64,000 bases of DNA from positions 5,974 through 69,973 of the forward strand of contig JBAQCT010000155.1 in the NCBI GenBank assembly GCA_049294375.1. Direction: 5' to 3'. This document shows positions 21,733 to 31,639 of the stretch, piece after piece. The stretch comes from Gallionella sp. Its GTDB lineage: Bacteria; Pseudomonadota; Gammaproteobacteria; Burkholderiales; Gallionellaceae. Both the position numbers and the translations under genes were made by a program. Numbering within the stretch: the first letter of the stretch is position 1; every line of letters begins with the position of its first letter. Below the pieces are notes generated by a model, which had not been told where the DNA came from, did no database searches, and was given only the letters and a program-made list of their open reading frames with translations.

Positions 21733-22716
21733 TTACAGCCCCTGCCTTTGAACCTCATATTCATCGGGCGGCACCGAGCCTTTAAGAGGGTTTCCGGTGA
21801 GAAAACGCACAGCTTCTTCAGTGGCCTCAATTTCCATCCGTGTTCGGCAATCTATGGACATCGAACCCATGTGTGAGGTTAGCAGGCAGCGTTCAATGGC
21901 CGCCAGCGGGCCTGTGTATGGCTCATGCACGAATACATCAATGGCCGCTCCACCCAAATGCCCTGAATTAAGAGCATCGGCCAAGTCCTGCTCGTTAATG
22001 ATCCCTCCGCGTGAGGCGTTGATCAACAGTGCATCCGGCTTCATGAGCCTGAGATGGTCTGCGCGAATCATGTTTTTGGTGTGCGCGGTAAGGGGTACGT
22101 GCAGGCTGATTATATCGGCTTGGCGGTAAATCTCTTCCTTGCCTACCCATTCCAGCTTGAGTTCAGGTACCAGTTTTGTATCCGGGCGTATATCGTTGAC
22201 CAGAATGCGCGGTGTGCCAAAACTGCTCAAACGTGTCAGCACGCGGCGACCGATACGCCCTACGCCGATGATGCCAATGGTGACTTCGGGAATACGCCGT
22301 CCAAAGTGGCGTTGCCATTCGCCGCGATGTAGTTGGGCGTTGGCTACATGCACGAAACGCAGCAAGGACAGCATGAATCCGATAGTTAATTCTGCCACGG
22401 CCGGTGCCGGTGCATCAGGGGTGTAGCTCACATGGATGTCACGGCGCTCGGCGGCCAAAAGGTCGACGCTGTCCAGCCCAATCCCGACACGCGAGATCAG
22501 CTTCAGCCGGCTGGCGCGGCTCATGACCTTGTCGGTGATGGGCTCGGTTCCCGCGATCAGAACATCGAAATCGGCAACCATGTTTGCCAGCTCATCTTCT
22601 TTCAGTTTGCGGCCAAGGGGGTTGATCGAATATTCAATACCGGCAGCCTCAAGCAATTCGAGCGGCAGTCGGTTTTTGTCGCCGAAGGGGACGGTAGTTA
22701 TGAGGGCTTTGGGCAT
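21733..22716 (-). CDS. D-isomer-specific 2-hydroxyacid dehydrogenase (phosphoglycerate/glycerate dehydrogenase-like)
   Basis: IGIIGVGRIGRRV NAD motif, NASRGGIINEQDL, AAIDVF, and catalytic-His region LTSHMGS. The likely start is ATG 22716 (MPKALITT); the track ORF runs to 22863. Confidence 0.85.
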   Translation of the reverse strand: MPKALITTVPFGDKNRLPLELLEAAGIEYSINPLGRKLKEDELANMVADFDVLIAGTEPITDKVMSRASRLKLISRVGIGLDSVDLLAAERRDIHVSYTPDAPAPAVAELTIGFMLSLLRFVHVANAQLHRGEWQRHFGRRIPEVTIGIIGVGRIGRRVLTRLSSFGTPRILVNDIRPDTKLVPELKLEWVGKEEIYRQADIISLHVPLTAHTKNMIRADHLRLMKPDALLINASRGGIINEQDLADALNSGHLGGAAIDVFVHEPYTGPLAAIERCLLTSHMGSMSIDCRTRMEIEATEEAVRFLTGNPLKGSVPPDEYEVQRQGL

Positions 22717-22942
22717 GTCGGGCAGCTTCGTTAAAGAAGGTTTTTTAAATTTTCTATGTAATTCAATTACATGGCTAGAGTAATGTTTGATTGGAGTGGC
22801 TATCTGGAGGCACGGAAGATAGCCGCTGACCATTACGTTAATTGTACTGCTGGTTTTGCACAATCGTTAACAAATCGTTATATGCGAAAGCGGGGCATGC
22901 ATGGTTTTTCATCATGCAGGAGTTTAGCTGTCAGTTTGGTTG

Positions 22943-24781
22943 TTATGCGTGAATTGGCTGAAGCTTTCTGCCCTTGGAGAATTCAGACAATACTTTCGCT
23001 GCGCGTTCGGCGGACTTGCCGTCGGGCATGTAAAGGCTATATGCCATCAAATAGCTGTCATCTAGCCGAAGCGGAAATTGAGCAGTGCTCACAGCAATAT
23101 TACGAACTGCGGATGCCAGAGATTCCAAGTTTTCGAACAGATATGCTCGTTTTTCTAAGCGCTCTTTTTGCTTTGGGGTGAAGCCTGTTACGCCTTCTTC
23201 TGCCAAAACAAAAACATAGGCCGTGGTTGCAATGCAGCTCAATAATACTGTAGAGGGGAAATCCAGAATAAATAAATCAACGCCATGCATGGCTTTTTCA
23301 AATCTGCGGGTTTCGAGATGGATACGTCTAAACTCGGCAGACTGAAGCACGGCTGGTGTGAAAGCGTCATGAGGGTTGGGTTTTGCGATAACTTTTGTGC
23401 TCGCTGGCATTGAGGCCAGAAGCTGAAAAATACTGGCTTGGCTCGAGTGGTATAACGTGCTGACCAGGCCATTATTCGGGCAATGCATAATGTTGTCATC
23501 AGCGACAGTCCCGGCATACATGACCGTGCGGATTTGATCTGGCGGCGGCATGGGGCGCAAGCATATGCGAATTGCATCCTGATGCGCAGAACCAACAGGT
23601 ATAAGAGGTTTTGTGCTGGCCCCAGAATCCTTATAGTATTCGACGTTTCCTGCGCCGTAGCACAGCATGGCATCGCCATCCACGACCTCAGTAAAATCGT
23701 AGATGGGCGAAACGATGGATCCATAACCTGCGCCTTCCTGGTATGTAATCAAGGGAGCGCCATTTTTTTGCGCAGCGAGCATGCGGCATCGATTCACCAA
23801 ACCGAGGTTGACTGTGCCGGTTAATGAGAATTTGATGTCAAGCTTCGGCAATATCTTGCATAGGTGGTCATGTTCGGCTATGGCGCGAGGCAATACAGAA
23901 TTGGCATATTTCTCCAGCGAATCTTTGACTAGCGAAAAATAACTAATCTCATCATGAGAGAAAAATTCTTTAAACTCCTCGCTTGTCAATAGCATCTGCC
24001 AAAGAAAATGGCACTCCTTGATAATGTCCGGATTGGCGCTTGTCGAAGTGGTTGGCGGGTAAATAAGCTGAAGTTGCTGATTCAGCAGATGCGGAACAAT
24101 ATACGAAATGTCATGGCCGAAGTTGAAGCAAAGATATTTACCGTAAGTGCGGTTTTTTCGGAATGCCTGCGAGGCGCGTACAACACCGCGTAATGCCCTC
24201 AATTTTTCACGTGCCAGCGCGCGCCATGAACTCAAAATAGATGGCGCTTCGGTACTCGGATTGGGCAATGGTGATAATTTTGCTTTGTCATTAAAAAAAG
24301 TTTCCAACAGCACAGCAAACATATTGACATTACTATCAGGCCGCAAAAAATCCCCGGATATGATTTTGTGGCCAAGCTCTGGTAAATAGAATATCTCCTG
24401 CCCTGATGCATAATGAATAAAATTTTTCAGCATCAGCAATTTTGTCGAGATGGAATCAATGAGAATTTTCAGGTCAAAATAACCGAAGCGGAACGGCTTG
24501 ATGCTGCGGTCTTTTAAGCACGGAGTGCAGTCTTGTGCGGCGGAATCCCAGTGTTCGCAGAAGAGGGTAAGCGAAGCATAATTATGCCAGCCAAGGTTAA
24601 TGATTTCTGACCTGGTGCTATAGCGGTCAAGAGTTGTATACGGCAGCTTTGCTCGAATGCAAGCAGCTATTCCATAAGAGGTTGAGGCTACCAGAATAAT
24701 GTCATCTGGCCAATTGCTGGCGAATAATTGAGAAAATGAATCAAGCGCTTGATTGGAATTGACGAGCAGATAACGAGGCAT
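22943..24781 (-). CDS. Uncharacterised 612-aa protein; possible non-canonical GT-B/TagF-like transferase
   Basis: Long clean ORF in a low-GC block. I recognise no family motif. The C-terminal segment GVDLFILDFPSTVLLSCIATTAYVFVL is reminiscent of TagF/capsule-polymerase-type C-terminal domains. Confidence 0.45.
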   Translation of the reverse strand: MPRYLLVNSNQALDSFSQLFASNWPDDIILVASTSYGIAACIRAKLPYTTLDRYSTRSEIINLGWHNYASLTLFCEHWDSAAQDCTPCLKDRSIKPFRFGYFDLKILIDSISTKLLMLKNFIHYASGQEIFYLPELGHKIISGDFLRPDSNVNMFAVLLETFFNDKAKLSPLPNPSTEAPSILSSWRALAREKLRALRGVVRASQAFRKNRTYGKYLCFNFGHDISYIVPHLLNQQLQLIYPPTTSTSANPDIIKECHFLWQMLLTSEEFKEFFSHDEISYFSLVKDSLEKYANSVLPRAIAEHDHLCKILPKLDIKFSLTGTVNLGLVNRCRMLAAQKNGAPLITYQEGAGYGSIVSPIYDFTEVVDGDAMLCYGAGNVEYYKDSGASTKPLIPVGSAHQDAIRICLRPMPPPDQIRTVMYAGTVADDNIMHCPNNGLVSTLYHSSQASIFQLLASMPASTKVIAKPNPHDAFTPAVLQSAEFRRIHLETRRFEKAMHGVDLFILDFPSTVLLSCIATTAYVFVLAEEGVTGFTPKQKERLEKRAYLFENLESLASAVRNIAVSTAQFPLRLDDSYLMAYSLYMPDGKSAERAAKVLSEFSKGRKLQPIHA

Positions 24782-24802
24782 CTTGAGCAGCAGTTTTTTG
24801 TC

Positions 24803-25693
24803 TTATGCTTTACGCGCGACCACGTAAAGTGTGTCAGTGTAGCCGCTGGATTCAAGTGATTTAATGTATTCAGAATCTGCGCGGCCTGCAAATAGCGACG
24901 CAAAAAGTACATTACCGCCCGGAATGCCGTCCTTCAGCCATTGCAAATGGTTCGACAAACCATAGCGTTGTTTATAGATAACCTGTTCAATCACCATCCC
25001 GCTGTATGCGATCAGCATCCTGATTGCTTTTTCACTGTAGACATATGGATGCATGGCCTGAAAGTAAAATGATTTGAATGCTGGGTTATTGTATAAGCTT
25101 ATCAACGGATCATTGGCTGATGGAATTTCGAGGATTATTAATCCCGTTGGAGACAGACAGTTTTTTAGTTGTGACAAGAATAGTTGGGGATTGTGGATAT
25201 GCTCCAACAGGCTGAAGAGGCAAATGCGATCATAAGTTTCGCCCGCGGGCAGATCGTGGGTGTATGCATATGCCCTGTAGCCTTTCTTTTGAAGAGCATC
25301 CCTGTATTCCGGGCAAGAATCGACTGCTACTGTAGCGCTGGCCGCATGGGCAATACGGTCAAGGAAGCCGCCTTTTTCGGCACCAACTTCCAGTACCGAG
25401 GGATGATTCTCAAAGAATTGCTTTAGATCTTGGAAGCGAATCTCAATACTTTCATCCACCAAAATATCAAAAGTTTGGGGAATATATTTTGACACTAGTT
25501 CAGATCGTGTTTGAATATAACGATCATATTTCGCATCGAATTTGCGCTGTTCATCCTCAGTTTCTAGCGGATCGAGAAAAAAGGAATCGCAGGATGTGCA
25601 GCGCATGACTTGCTTGCCGGGTGCGTTCCAAACCGTTGCCCAATACAAGGTTGGAGAGGGGTCGTGGCAAAGTGGGCATTGATTGGCTGGCAT
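24803..25693 (-). CDS. Class I SAM-dependent methyltransferase with N-terminal zinc ribbon
   Basis: CPLC...CTSC zinc-ribbon pairs, then motif I VLEVGAEKGGFL. The start is ambiguous: ATG 25693 is preferred, and the track ORF runs to 25759. Confidence 0.8.
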   Translation of the reverse strand: MPANQCPLCHDPSPTLYWATVWNAPGKQVMRCTSCDSFFLDPLETEDEQRKFDAKYDRYIQTRSELVSKYIPQTFDILVDESIEIRFQDLKQFFENHPSVLEVGAEKGGFLDRIAHAASATVAVDSCPEYRDALQKKGYRAYAYTHDLPAGETYDRICLFSLLEHIHNPQLFLSQLKNCLSPTGLIILEIPSANDPLISLYNNPAFKSFYFQAMHPYVYSEKAIRMLIAYSGMVIEQVIYKQRYGLSNHLQWLKDGIPGGNVLFASLFAGRADSEYIKSLESSGYTDTLYVVARKA

Positions 25694-26039
25694 ATTTGAA
25701 TACTTGGAATCGTTAAGAAAGCGTCGAACAAGTACCCGCATAAAGCAGCTTTTGCGCATGTGTGTCCGAGTTGTTAAGAAGTTGATCCATTTTATCTATT
25801 TTCCCGTCCCAATAGGGTTTATACCGAAAATGTTTCTTTCAATTTGCTCATGCTGGGTGCACTTGCCCTGTCAGAGGACATCCCCATTTGTCAATATTGA
25901 TCAACGCCAGAACACAAAGGCACGATTGGCATTATTGGTCGAACTCGGGACGGCGGTGGTGGGAGGGTTATCGGCAAAAATTGCCGCCTGCTGAAATAGG
26001 CTCTAAATGCAGCTAAGAGTGATCACCACACGAGGCGTT

Positions 26040-27893
26040 TTATCGTCCACGCCGCAGTGGTGCCATTTCCGGCGCATCCGAGTGTAACGGAGGCAGTTGC
26101 TTATCGACGATCTTTCTCAGCGAGTCGTGCTCAATCAGTAATTCCTTTCGCTTAGAACCCAAGGTGTAGTTGTACACATCTTTGCATGTGGCTATGAGGC
26201 CTTCCGTCTTAATTACTTGCGCCAAATGATAAAGAATGGCGATAAACTGAAAGCGGTCAATCACCACTGGGTGGAGTAATGCGAACAATGCCAGCTTGCG
26301 TTGGCGCAGCAGCGTCCAATTGCTTGGTAGATGCACCTCATTGCGTCCTAGTTCAGGGTTTCTTGTGATATCTTGCCCACGATCAATGATGAGATTGTCG
26401 GTGACCTTCTTGATTCCGCGAAGAAATGGCTCAAAATTGGAATTTTGTTTCAATTTGCTGCGGTAATGTTCTATACCAAATTTACGGACATAATTGGCAG
26501 CAACACGGAACATCACGCGCGTGCGCCACGAATGGCGGATAAAATTAGGTACGTTGGTCATATTGAGGGAAACAGTAATATTGGAGGCGTTTCGATCTGA
26601 GACATCAAGCAGATAACGTTCTTCTGAATCAATGCCCTGGCCAATTAGACCTTTTCTACGCGCAAACTCATACAATGGTGTGCCTGGTAAAGCTTGGGCA
26701 TAGTTGATGCTGATATGCAAAGGGTCTCGATCAGGCCCTATGTTTTTGGCATAAGTCAACAGCTCGGCGGTTTCAAAAACCGTCTCGGTTGATTCACCAG
26801 GCATCCCCATAATAATTTCAGGAGTGAGTTCTATGCCAATTTCGTGCAGCCAGCGTATCGCGTTATAATTGTCTTCGATTTTAAGCTTCTTTTCCATAAC
26901 CTTGAGCATTCTTTCGCTACCGGTCTCAATGCCCATGCAAATACTGGAGGCTCCGGCATCGTGCATCATTTTTAGCCGTTCCGGGTCGACGCAATTGACA
27001 CGCATGCCTGCGACTTGCCAAAGTACATCAAATGGCTTGATGCGTTTGCAAAATTCAGTTAGCCAGCGAAGATCGGTGCCAAAATTTTCATCGGCGATTG
27101 AGACGAAGCCCACGTTATATTTCTCAATCAGGTATTCGAGCCGCTTTGCGATGAGTTCCGGCGGAATATAACGAATGCCCTTGTCCCAGCGGTGGCAAAA
27201 TGTGCAGCGTGCCACGCACCCCTTTGCACCAGGCAGGCTTGTAATCGTTTTATTACGGCGGTGGGGTTGGTAGGCTCTTTTATCCTTGGCAAACCAAGGG
27301 AATGCTTTACCATTTTCGTTAAAAGCGGGGAAAACGAACGTATTAATGTTGGAAGATTTTTCCAGATCGCACCAATCGATATCGTAAATTTCTTCGCGCG
27401 ATAGTGGTTCTTCATACCCTGTGTTAACTAAATTTTTGGACTGATCGAGCAACATAAGGCCAGGAATGTCCGCAAAAGCCATTGGGCTGCGCGTTGTCTG
27501 TGCGCGTTTTACAACGTTGAGCATCACCTTTTCGCCTTCGCCGAGGACACACAAATCAACGCCAGCTCGACGCAAAAGAATCTCAGCGCTTGCGGCGAGC
27601 CCCCCTCCAACGATGATCAATGTCTCAGGGAGCATGCGCTTGATGTCGAGAGCTAGCCGTTTGGTATACGTATAGGCTGTAGAAACAACCGCGCTGATAC
27701 CTAAAACTTCAGGGCGTTGTTCACGGATATGCGTGAGCACATCCTCATAGCTTGGTCGATTGCCGTCAATATTGTAGAACTCGACATCGCTGATACCGTT
27801 TTTGCGCAGATAGCTTAAGATACTTAAGCTGCCGAATGGTGGAAATGATGTGGGGTACGTACGAATCGGAGTTGTAACAATCATCGTTTTCAT
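26040..27893 (-). CDS. Cobalamin-binding (class B) radical SAM enzyme
   Basis: N-terminal B12-binding-type domain (EVLGISAVVSTAY...LIIVGGGLAASAE) and the CVARCTFC radical SAM motif. 617 aa with a long C-terminal extension. Confidence 0.88.
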   Translation of the reverse strand: MKTMIVTTPIRTYPTSFPPFGSLSILSYLRKNGISDVEFYNIDGNRPSYEDVLTHIREQRPEVLGISAVVSTAYTYTKRLALDIKRMLPETLIIVGGGLAASAEILLRRAGVDLCVLGEGEKVMLNVVKRAQTTRSPMAFADIPGLMLLDQSKNLVNTGYEEPLSREEIYDIDWCDLEKSSNINTFVFPAFNENGKAFPWFAKDKRAYQPHRRNKTITSLPGAKGCVARCTFCHRWDKGIRYIPPELIAKRLEYLIEKYNVGFVSIADENFGTDLRWLTEFCKRIKPFDVLWQVAGMRVNCVDPERLKMMHDAGASSICMGIETGSERMLKVMEKKLKIEDNYNAIRWLHEIGIELTPEIIMGMPGESTETVFETAELLTYAKNIGPDRDPLHISINYAQALPGTPLYEFARRKGLIGQGIDSEERYLLDVSDRNASNITVSLNMTNVPNFIRHSWRTRVMFRVAANYVRKFGIEHYRSKLKQNSNFEPFLRGIKKVTDNLIIDRGQDITRNPELGRNEVHLPSNWTLLRQRKLALFALLHPVVIDRFQFIAILYHLAQVIKTEGLIATCKDVYNYTLGSKRKELLIEHDSLRKIVDKQLPPLHSDAPEMAPLRRGR

Positions 27894-27937
27894 ATTTAAC
27901 CTTGGATTAATTGATCCTATTTTGTGGTTGTAACAAG

Positions 27938-28597
27938 CTATGTCGCTCGTTCGCCAACAAGAACATACTGGGATCTAACAATGCCTTTTGTAACATATTC
28001 ATGCGAAAGATATTTCGGCATGGAGTCTGTATATTGATCCCTGATAATAGATGTAGCAAAACCCAACTCATCAAAAATACCCATAATTTCCGAGAACGAA
28101 AACTCCCATATTAAGTAATCGTGTGACGCTCCATTTTCACGCACAACGGAGCAGTGGGTTCGATCACCAAAAAAAGTCCGTAGAATAACAAGGTGGCTGG
28201 TATGAGTAAGGATGTTTCTCAATGCTGACCGGTAATCGAGGATATGCTCCAGTGTTGCAGACATGACTGAAATATTGCTTACGCGGTGCGGTGGGGTGAC
28301 AGAAATATCCATGAGAGAGTATTTTCCGGCCATGCAGGGAAATACACGCAAACCGATCTCAATGTACTTTTCTTCTATATCATAACCATGATAATCAAAA
28401 TTCAATGAACGTGATTTCAGACCTTTGTAAAATTGAAACGATTGACAGCCGAAGTCGTTAATGCTGACCGGAGCCACATCGCTCTTATTGGTAATAATAT
28501 CAAGGAATTGCTCTACCCATGTAAGCCGGACATTCAGTAGCCGTTGCTCAACTGATTCAATATAGGCCTTGCTTTTGGTATGTTGCCAACCAGTCAT
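27938..28597 (-). CDS. Probable SAM-dependent methyltransferase-like protein (divergent)
   Basis: Weak class I pattern (SINDFGCQSF...YHGYDIEEKYIE...MSATLEHI). The likely start is ATG 28597; the track ORF runs to 28669. Confidence 0.5.
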   Translation of the reverse strand: MTGWQHTKSKAYIESVEQRLLNVRLTWVEQFLDIITNKSDVAPVSINDFGCQSFQFYKGLKSRSLNFDYHGYDIEEKYIEIGLRVFPCMAGKYSLMDISVTPPHRVSNISVMSATLEHILDYRSALRNILTHTSHLVILRTFFGDRTHCSVVRENGASHDYLIWEFSFSEIMGIFDELGFATSIIRDQYTDSMPKYLSHEYVTKGIVRSQYVLVGERAT

Positions 28598-28616
28598 AGT
28601 GTGTACTCTCTGAAAG

Positions 28617-29918
28617 TTATTGGGGCAGTCTTTGGAATACACCTGATATTTTTTCGAACGCTTTGACAATATCCCGAAAATCCTCCAGGGTATTGGGCAG
28701 CCGGATGTGTTCGCTTATCAAAACTTCATCTCGTAGAGCTTCGGCCATCGGGCAGGCACCGGGTTCATAGTTTGCAATACTTCCCCGATTTTCCGGTGCG
28801 CTGAACGGGTATCCATGCTTGAAAAGCAGGCGCCTCTGGTAAATAGGCTGTTGGTAAAGCGGTTTGTAGCCACGAGCAAAATACATCCCCTCGGCATTCA
28901 GCGCCGTTCGGAATTCTTCAACATGAACACACGCTACATCGGGGCGAAAAAGGATGGGATAGGTATAGTAGGTGCTCACGCAATCCTTGCGGCCATCCAT
29001 AATTTCCAGGAAGTCGAACTGACGGAGATGCTCGTTAAGCCAATCTACAAAGCCCATGCGAGCGCGATTAATGGCATCAAGCTTTTTAAATTGCTCAATT
29101 GCAACCGCAGCCTGAATTTCGGTCAGGCGGTAATTGAACCCGATGATATTGAGTATGTTTTCATAGCCTGCAGGCCCAACCACATTCTCACCATGGTTAC
29201 GGACTAGCTCCAGTCGATATTTCAGGTCGTCGTCATTCGTCGTGCAAACACCGCCTTCACCGCACTGGATGGATTTATTTACATTCAGGCTGAAAATGCC
29301 GATGTCGCCAAATGTGCCTACGTATTGGCTTTTATATTTTGCCGCGTGCGCTTGGGCACAATCCTCTATCACTTTGATGTCATGGCGACGTGCAATGGCC
29401 ATGATCCGATCCATATCGGCCGGAATCCCGAACTGATGCACGACAATGATGCATCGGGTTCTATCGGTTATCAGCCGCTCGATGGAGTCCGGATCAAGCG
29501 CGCCGGTCATGCGCTCGATATCGGCAAAAACAGGCATCGCCCCGTAGAGTAAGGGGCCAACGGAGCTTGCGGTCATGGTTGAGGGTGAAACAATCACCTC
29601 GTCGCCATAGCCGATCTCAAGTGCCGCGATCGCCGCATACAAACCGGAAGTTGCGCTATTAACCGATACGCTGTGTCTTACACCGTAGTAATCGCACCAC
29701 ATCCGCTCAAGCTCCTGCACGAGCGGCCCGCCGTGAAAGCTGAAAGGCGGATCGGGGGTATATGACCCCTCGAACATCGACAGATAGCCCGATTCGATTG
29801 CGGCTACGGCAGCCCGTTTTTCTTCCTCGCCAAAGGTGAAGTTATCGCACCATTTTTTGGTGCGTACAGGCTTCCCTCCATTAATCGCCAGCGCCGGGTG
29901 CTTAAGATTGAGTGGCAT
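28617..29918 (-). CDS. DegT/DnrJ/EryC1/StrS-family PLP-dependent sugar aminotransferase
   Basis: Family layout with GTFGDIGIFSLNVNKSIQCGEGG. The Schiff-base Lys is retained. Confidence 0.88.
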   Translation of the reverse strand: MPLNLKHPALAINGGKPVRTKKWCDNFTFGEEEKRAAVAAIESGYLSMFEGSYTPDPPFSFHGGPLVQELERMWCDYYGVRHSVSVNSATSGLYAAIAALEIGYGDEVIVSPSTMTASSVGPLLYGAMPVFADIERMTGALDPDSIERLITDRTRCIIVVHQFGIPADMDRIMAIARRHDIKVIEDCAQAHAAKYKSQYVGTFGDIGIFSLNVNKSIQCGEGGVCTTNDDDLKYRLELVRNHGENVVGPAGYENILNIIGFNYRLTEIQAAVAIEQFKKLDAINRARMGFVDWLNEHLRQFDFLEIMDGRKDCVSTYYTYPILFRPDVACVHVEEFRTALNAEGMYFARGYKPLYQQPIYQRRLLFKHGYPFSAPENRGSIANYEPGACPMAEALRDEVLISEHIRLPNTLEDFRDIVKAFEKISGVFQRLPQ

Positions 29919-30879
29919 ATTTCTCCGTTCCCTTCCAGATAGTATTCATGGTATTTTGAGCTTCGCTGAGGCCATAAGGCTCGATGACGGATCGGTCTCC
30001 GCTATCAAGGTAGTTGCAGATTAACCTGATGGCGTTGCTGATGCAGTCTCGCATGCCAACTTCGCATATGGCCGGATCACGGACAAGCACGTTTTCCCGC
30101 TCGGAGTTCACGGCTTTGCGGAACACATCAATGCTGTTGCCGAAATCAGTCACTTTAATCTGGCCGCGCTGGCACATGATATTCATGTCGAGGATCTGGT
30201 AGTAATCTTCCAGAAAACCAGCAAGGCTCAGGCGGGCATTGCCTATGCGCCCCGTTACATCCAGCGTGGGGTCGTCAGCGTATTTTGACTCGCAATGGTA
30301 CTCAACCCGATCAATCTCTACCAGAGCATCCAGCATGTACTGCAGGATATCGATAATGTGAACGCCAAGATGACGCCAGCCACCGTAGTAATCGACATGG
30401 ATTTTCACCAGCGGCCCCAAATCACCGGAGTTCAGTAGAACCTTCAGCCGCTGGTGCGCCGCATCAAACCTGCGGCTGTGATTGACGATGATCCGAGTGT
30501 CAGAGGCGCGCTCAAGCTCAATCAACCGGCCAAGTTCTTGCCGGTCATTGCATACTGGCTTTTCCACAAAAATAATTTTAGGGGGGGATGCGCCCTGCAA
30601 CAGCGACACAGTTGTCGAATAATGAAAATTATCCGGCGTGCAGACAGATGCAATATCCGGTCGAAAATCAACCATGATTTCGGATATGGTGGCAAAAGCC
30701 TTGCCTCCTGCTTTGGCAGCCAGTTCTTTTGCGCGATTGCCGTCCAAATCAAAAAACGCCAGCTCTCCTATGGTGCTGTTTCTCCGGTATGCCTTGGCAT
30801 GAGAATAGGTTTTTGGGGCAGAGAAATCCTCAAATCGCCCCGCAATCATGCCGCACCCGATTATCGCCGCTTTATACAT
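29902..30879 (-). CDS. Gfo/Idh/MocA-family NAD(P) oxidoreductase
   Basis: N-terminal AAIIGCGMIAGR Rossmann and EKP motif (FVEKPV). The likely start is ATG 30879 (MYKAAIIG). Confidence 0.85.
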   Translation of the reverse strand: MYKAAIIGCGMIAGRFEDFSAPKTYSHAKAYRRNSTIGELAFFDLDGNRAKELAAKAGGKAFATISEIMVDFRPDIASVCTPDNFHYSTTVSLLQGASPPKIIFVEKPVCNDRQELGRLIELERASDTRIIVNHSRRFDAAHQRLKVLLNSGDLGPLVKIHVDYYGGWRHLGVHIIDILQYMLDALVEIDRVEYHCESKYADDPTLDVTGRIGNARLSLAGFLEDYYQILDMNIMCQRGQIKVTDFGNSIDVFRKAVNSERENVLVRDPAICEVGMRDCISNAIRLICNYLDSGDRSVIEPYGLSEAQNTMNTIWKGTEKYATQS

Positions 30880-31639
30880 CAGAAGGCCTGTTCTTGAACT
30901 GCCACCACCGCCTCTCCTCATTCTGGTTCAAGCTCACAAGATCCGGACGTGCCTCCAAAAAATCGAGTATCTGCGATAGGGAAAAGTGCTCCTTGCCGTG
31001 CTCGACAAAATGTGAAATCACCTGCGACAGCATCTCGAAGTCACGTGCCGTATCCACTTCCAGAAATATATCGGGGCGATGGAAATAGAGCGGTGCTTTC
31101 AAGCAGCAAGAGCGATAACGGACATTTTTGCTGAGATGGATATCGACATGCTCCCTTAACGGGTCATCGGGCGCAACCAGCCCTTCCGCCTCGATCAAGG
31201 CTGCGGCAGGATAAACGTTGACCTCCATGCCGGATGGATAGGTGAGTTCCATACCGTTGGAAACGTAATCATAGCGGCCCCTGTGTTTCAGGTAAAAACC
31301 TATGATTTCGTCGGCAATCTGCGGGTCAGTCAGCGGGCTGTCGCCAACAAACTCGGCATGCACATCGACTTGATGAATGCGCAGCAAGTCCGCAATGCGT
31401 TTTAATACATCTTCCTCAGGGCCGCGGTAGACGGTGACCCCGAGCTTTTTTCCAAGCTCGACAATGGGCTCATCATGTGCGGATGTCGTAGTGGCAATAA
31501 TAATGTCGTCCACCAGGCGCGAGCGGCGGATACGCTCGATCTGGTACTGAAGCAAGGGTTTGCCGCATACCTCCTTCAACACCTTGCCGGGCAGGCGGGT
31601 GGAACCCAGCCGCGCCTGTATGGTTGCCACAATGTTCAT
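30872..31639 (-). CDS. SpsF/FlmC-like cytidylyltransferase-family protein
   Basis: MNIVATIQARLGSTRLPGKVLKEVCGKPLL...IIIATTTSAHDEPI: the SpsF-type subfamily of the NeuA/KdsB fold. Confidence 0.8.
   Translation of the reverse strand: MNIVATIQARLGSTRLPGKVLKEVCGKPLLQYQIERIRRSRLVDDIIIATTTSAHDEPIVELGKKLGVTVYRGPEEDVLKRIADLLRIHQVDVHAEFVGDSPLTDPQIADEIIGFYLKHRGRYDYVSNGMELTYPSGMEVNVYPAAALIEAEGLVAPDDPLREHVDIHLSKNVRYRSCCLKAPLYFHRPDIFLEVDTARDFEMLSQVISHFVEHGKEHFSLSQILDFLEARPDLVSLNQNEERRWWQFKNRPSDV

Noticed and set aside
25970-25990. The CGGCAA-TTT-TTGCCG hairpin downstream of the B12-rSAM gene as an intrinsic terminator.
   Set aside because: No U-tract follows the stem on the transcribed (minus) strand and the stem is only 6 bp. 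It is kept only as part of the description of the 25.7-26.0 kb gap.
30581-30587. Homopolymeric tracts as phase-variation switches: G7/C7 at 30581-30587 in the Gfo/Idh/MocA gene, G6 at 40391-40396, and A/T8 runs at 14718-14725, 17624-17631 and 18342-18349.
   Set aside because: The tracts are short (at most 8, and at most 7 for G/C), all genes are in frame, and A/T8 runs are expected in AT-rich coding DNA. There is no evidence for slipped-strand switching from a single sequence.
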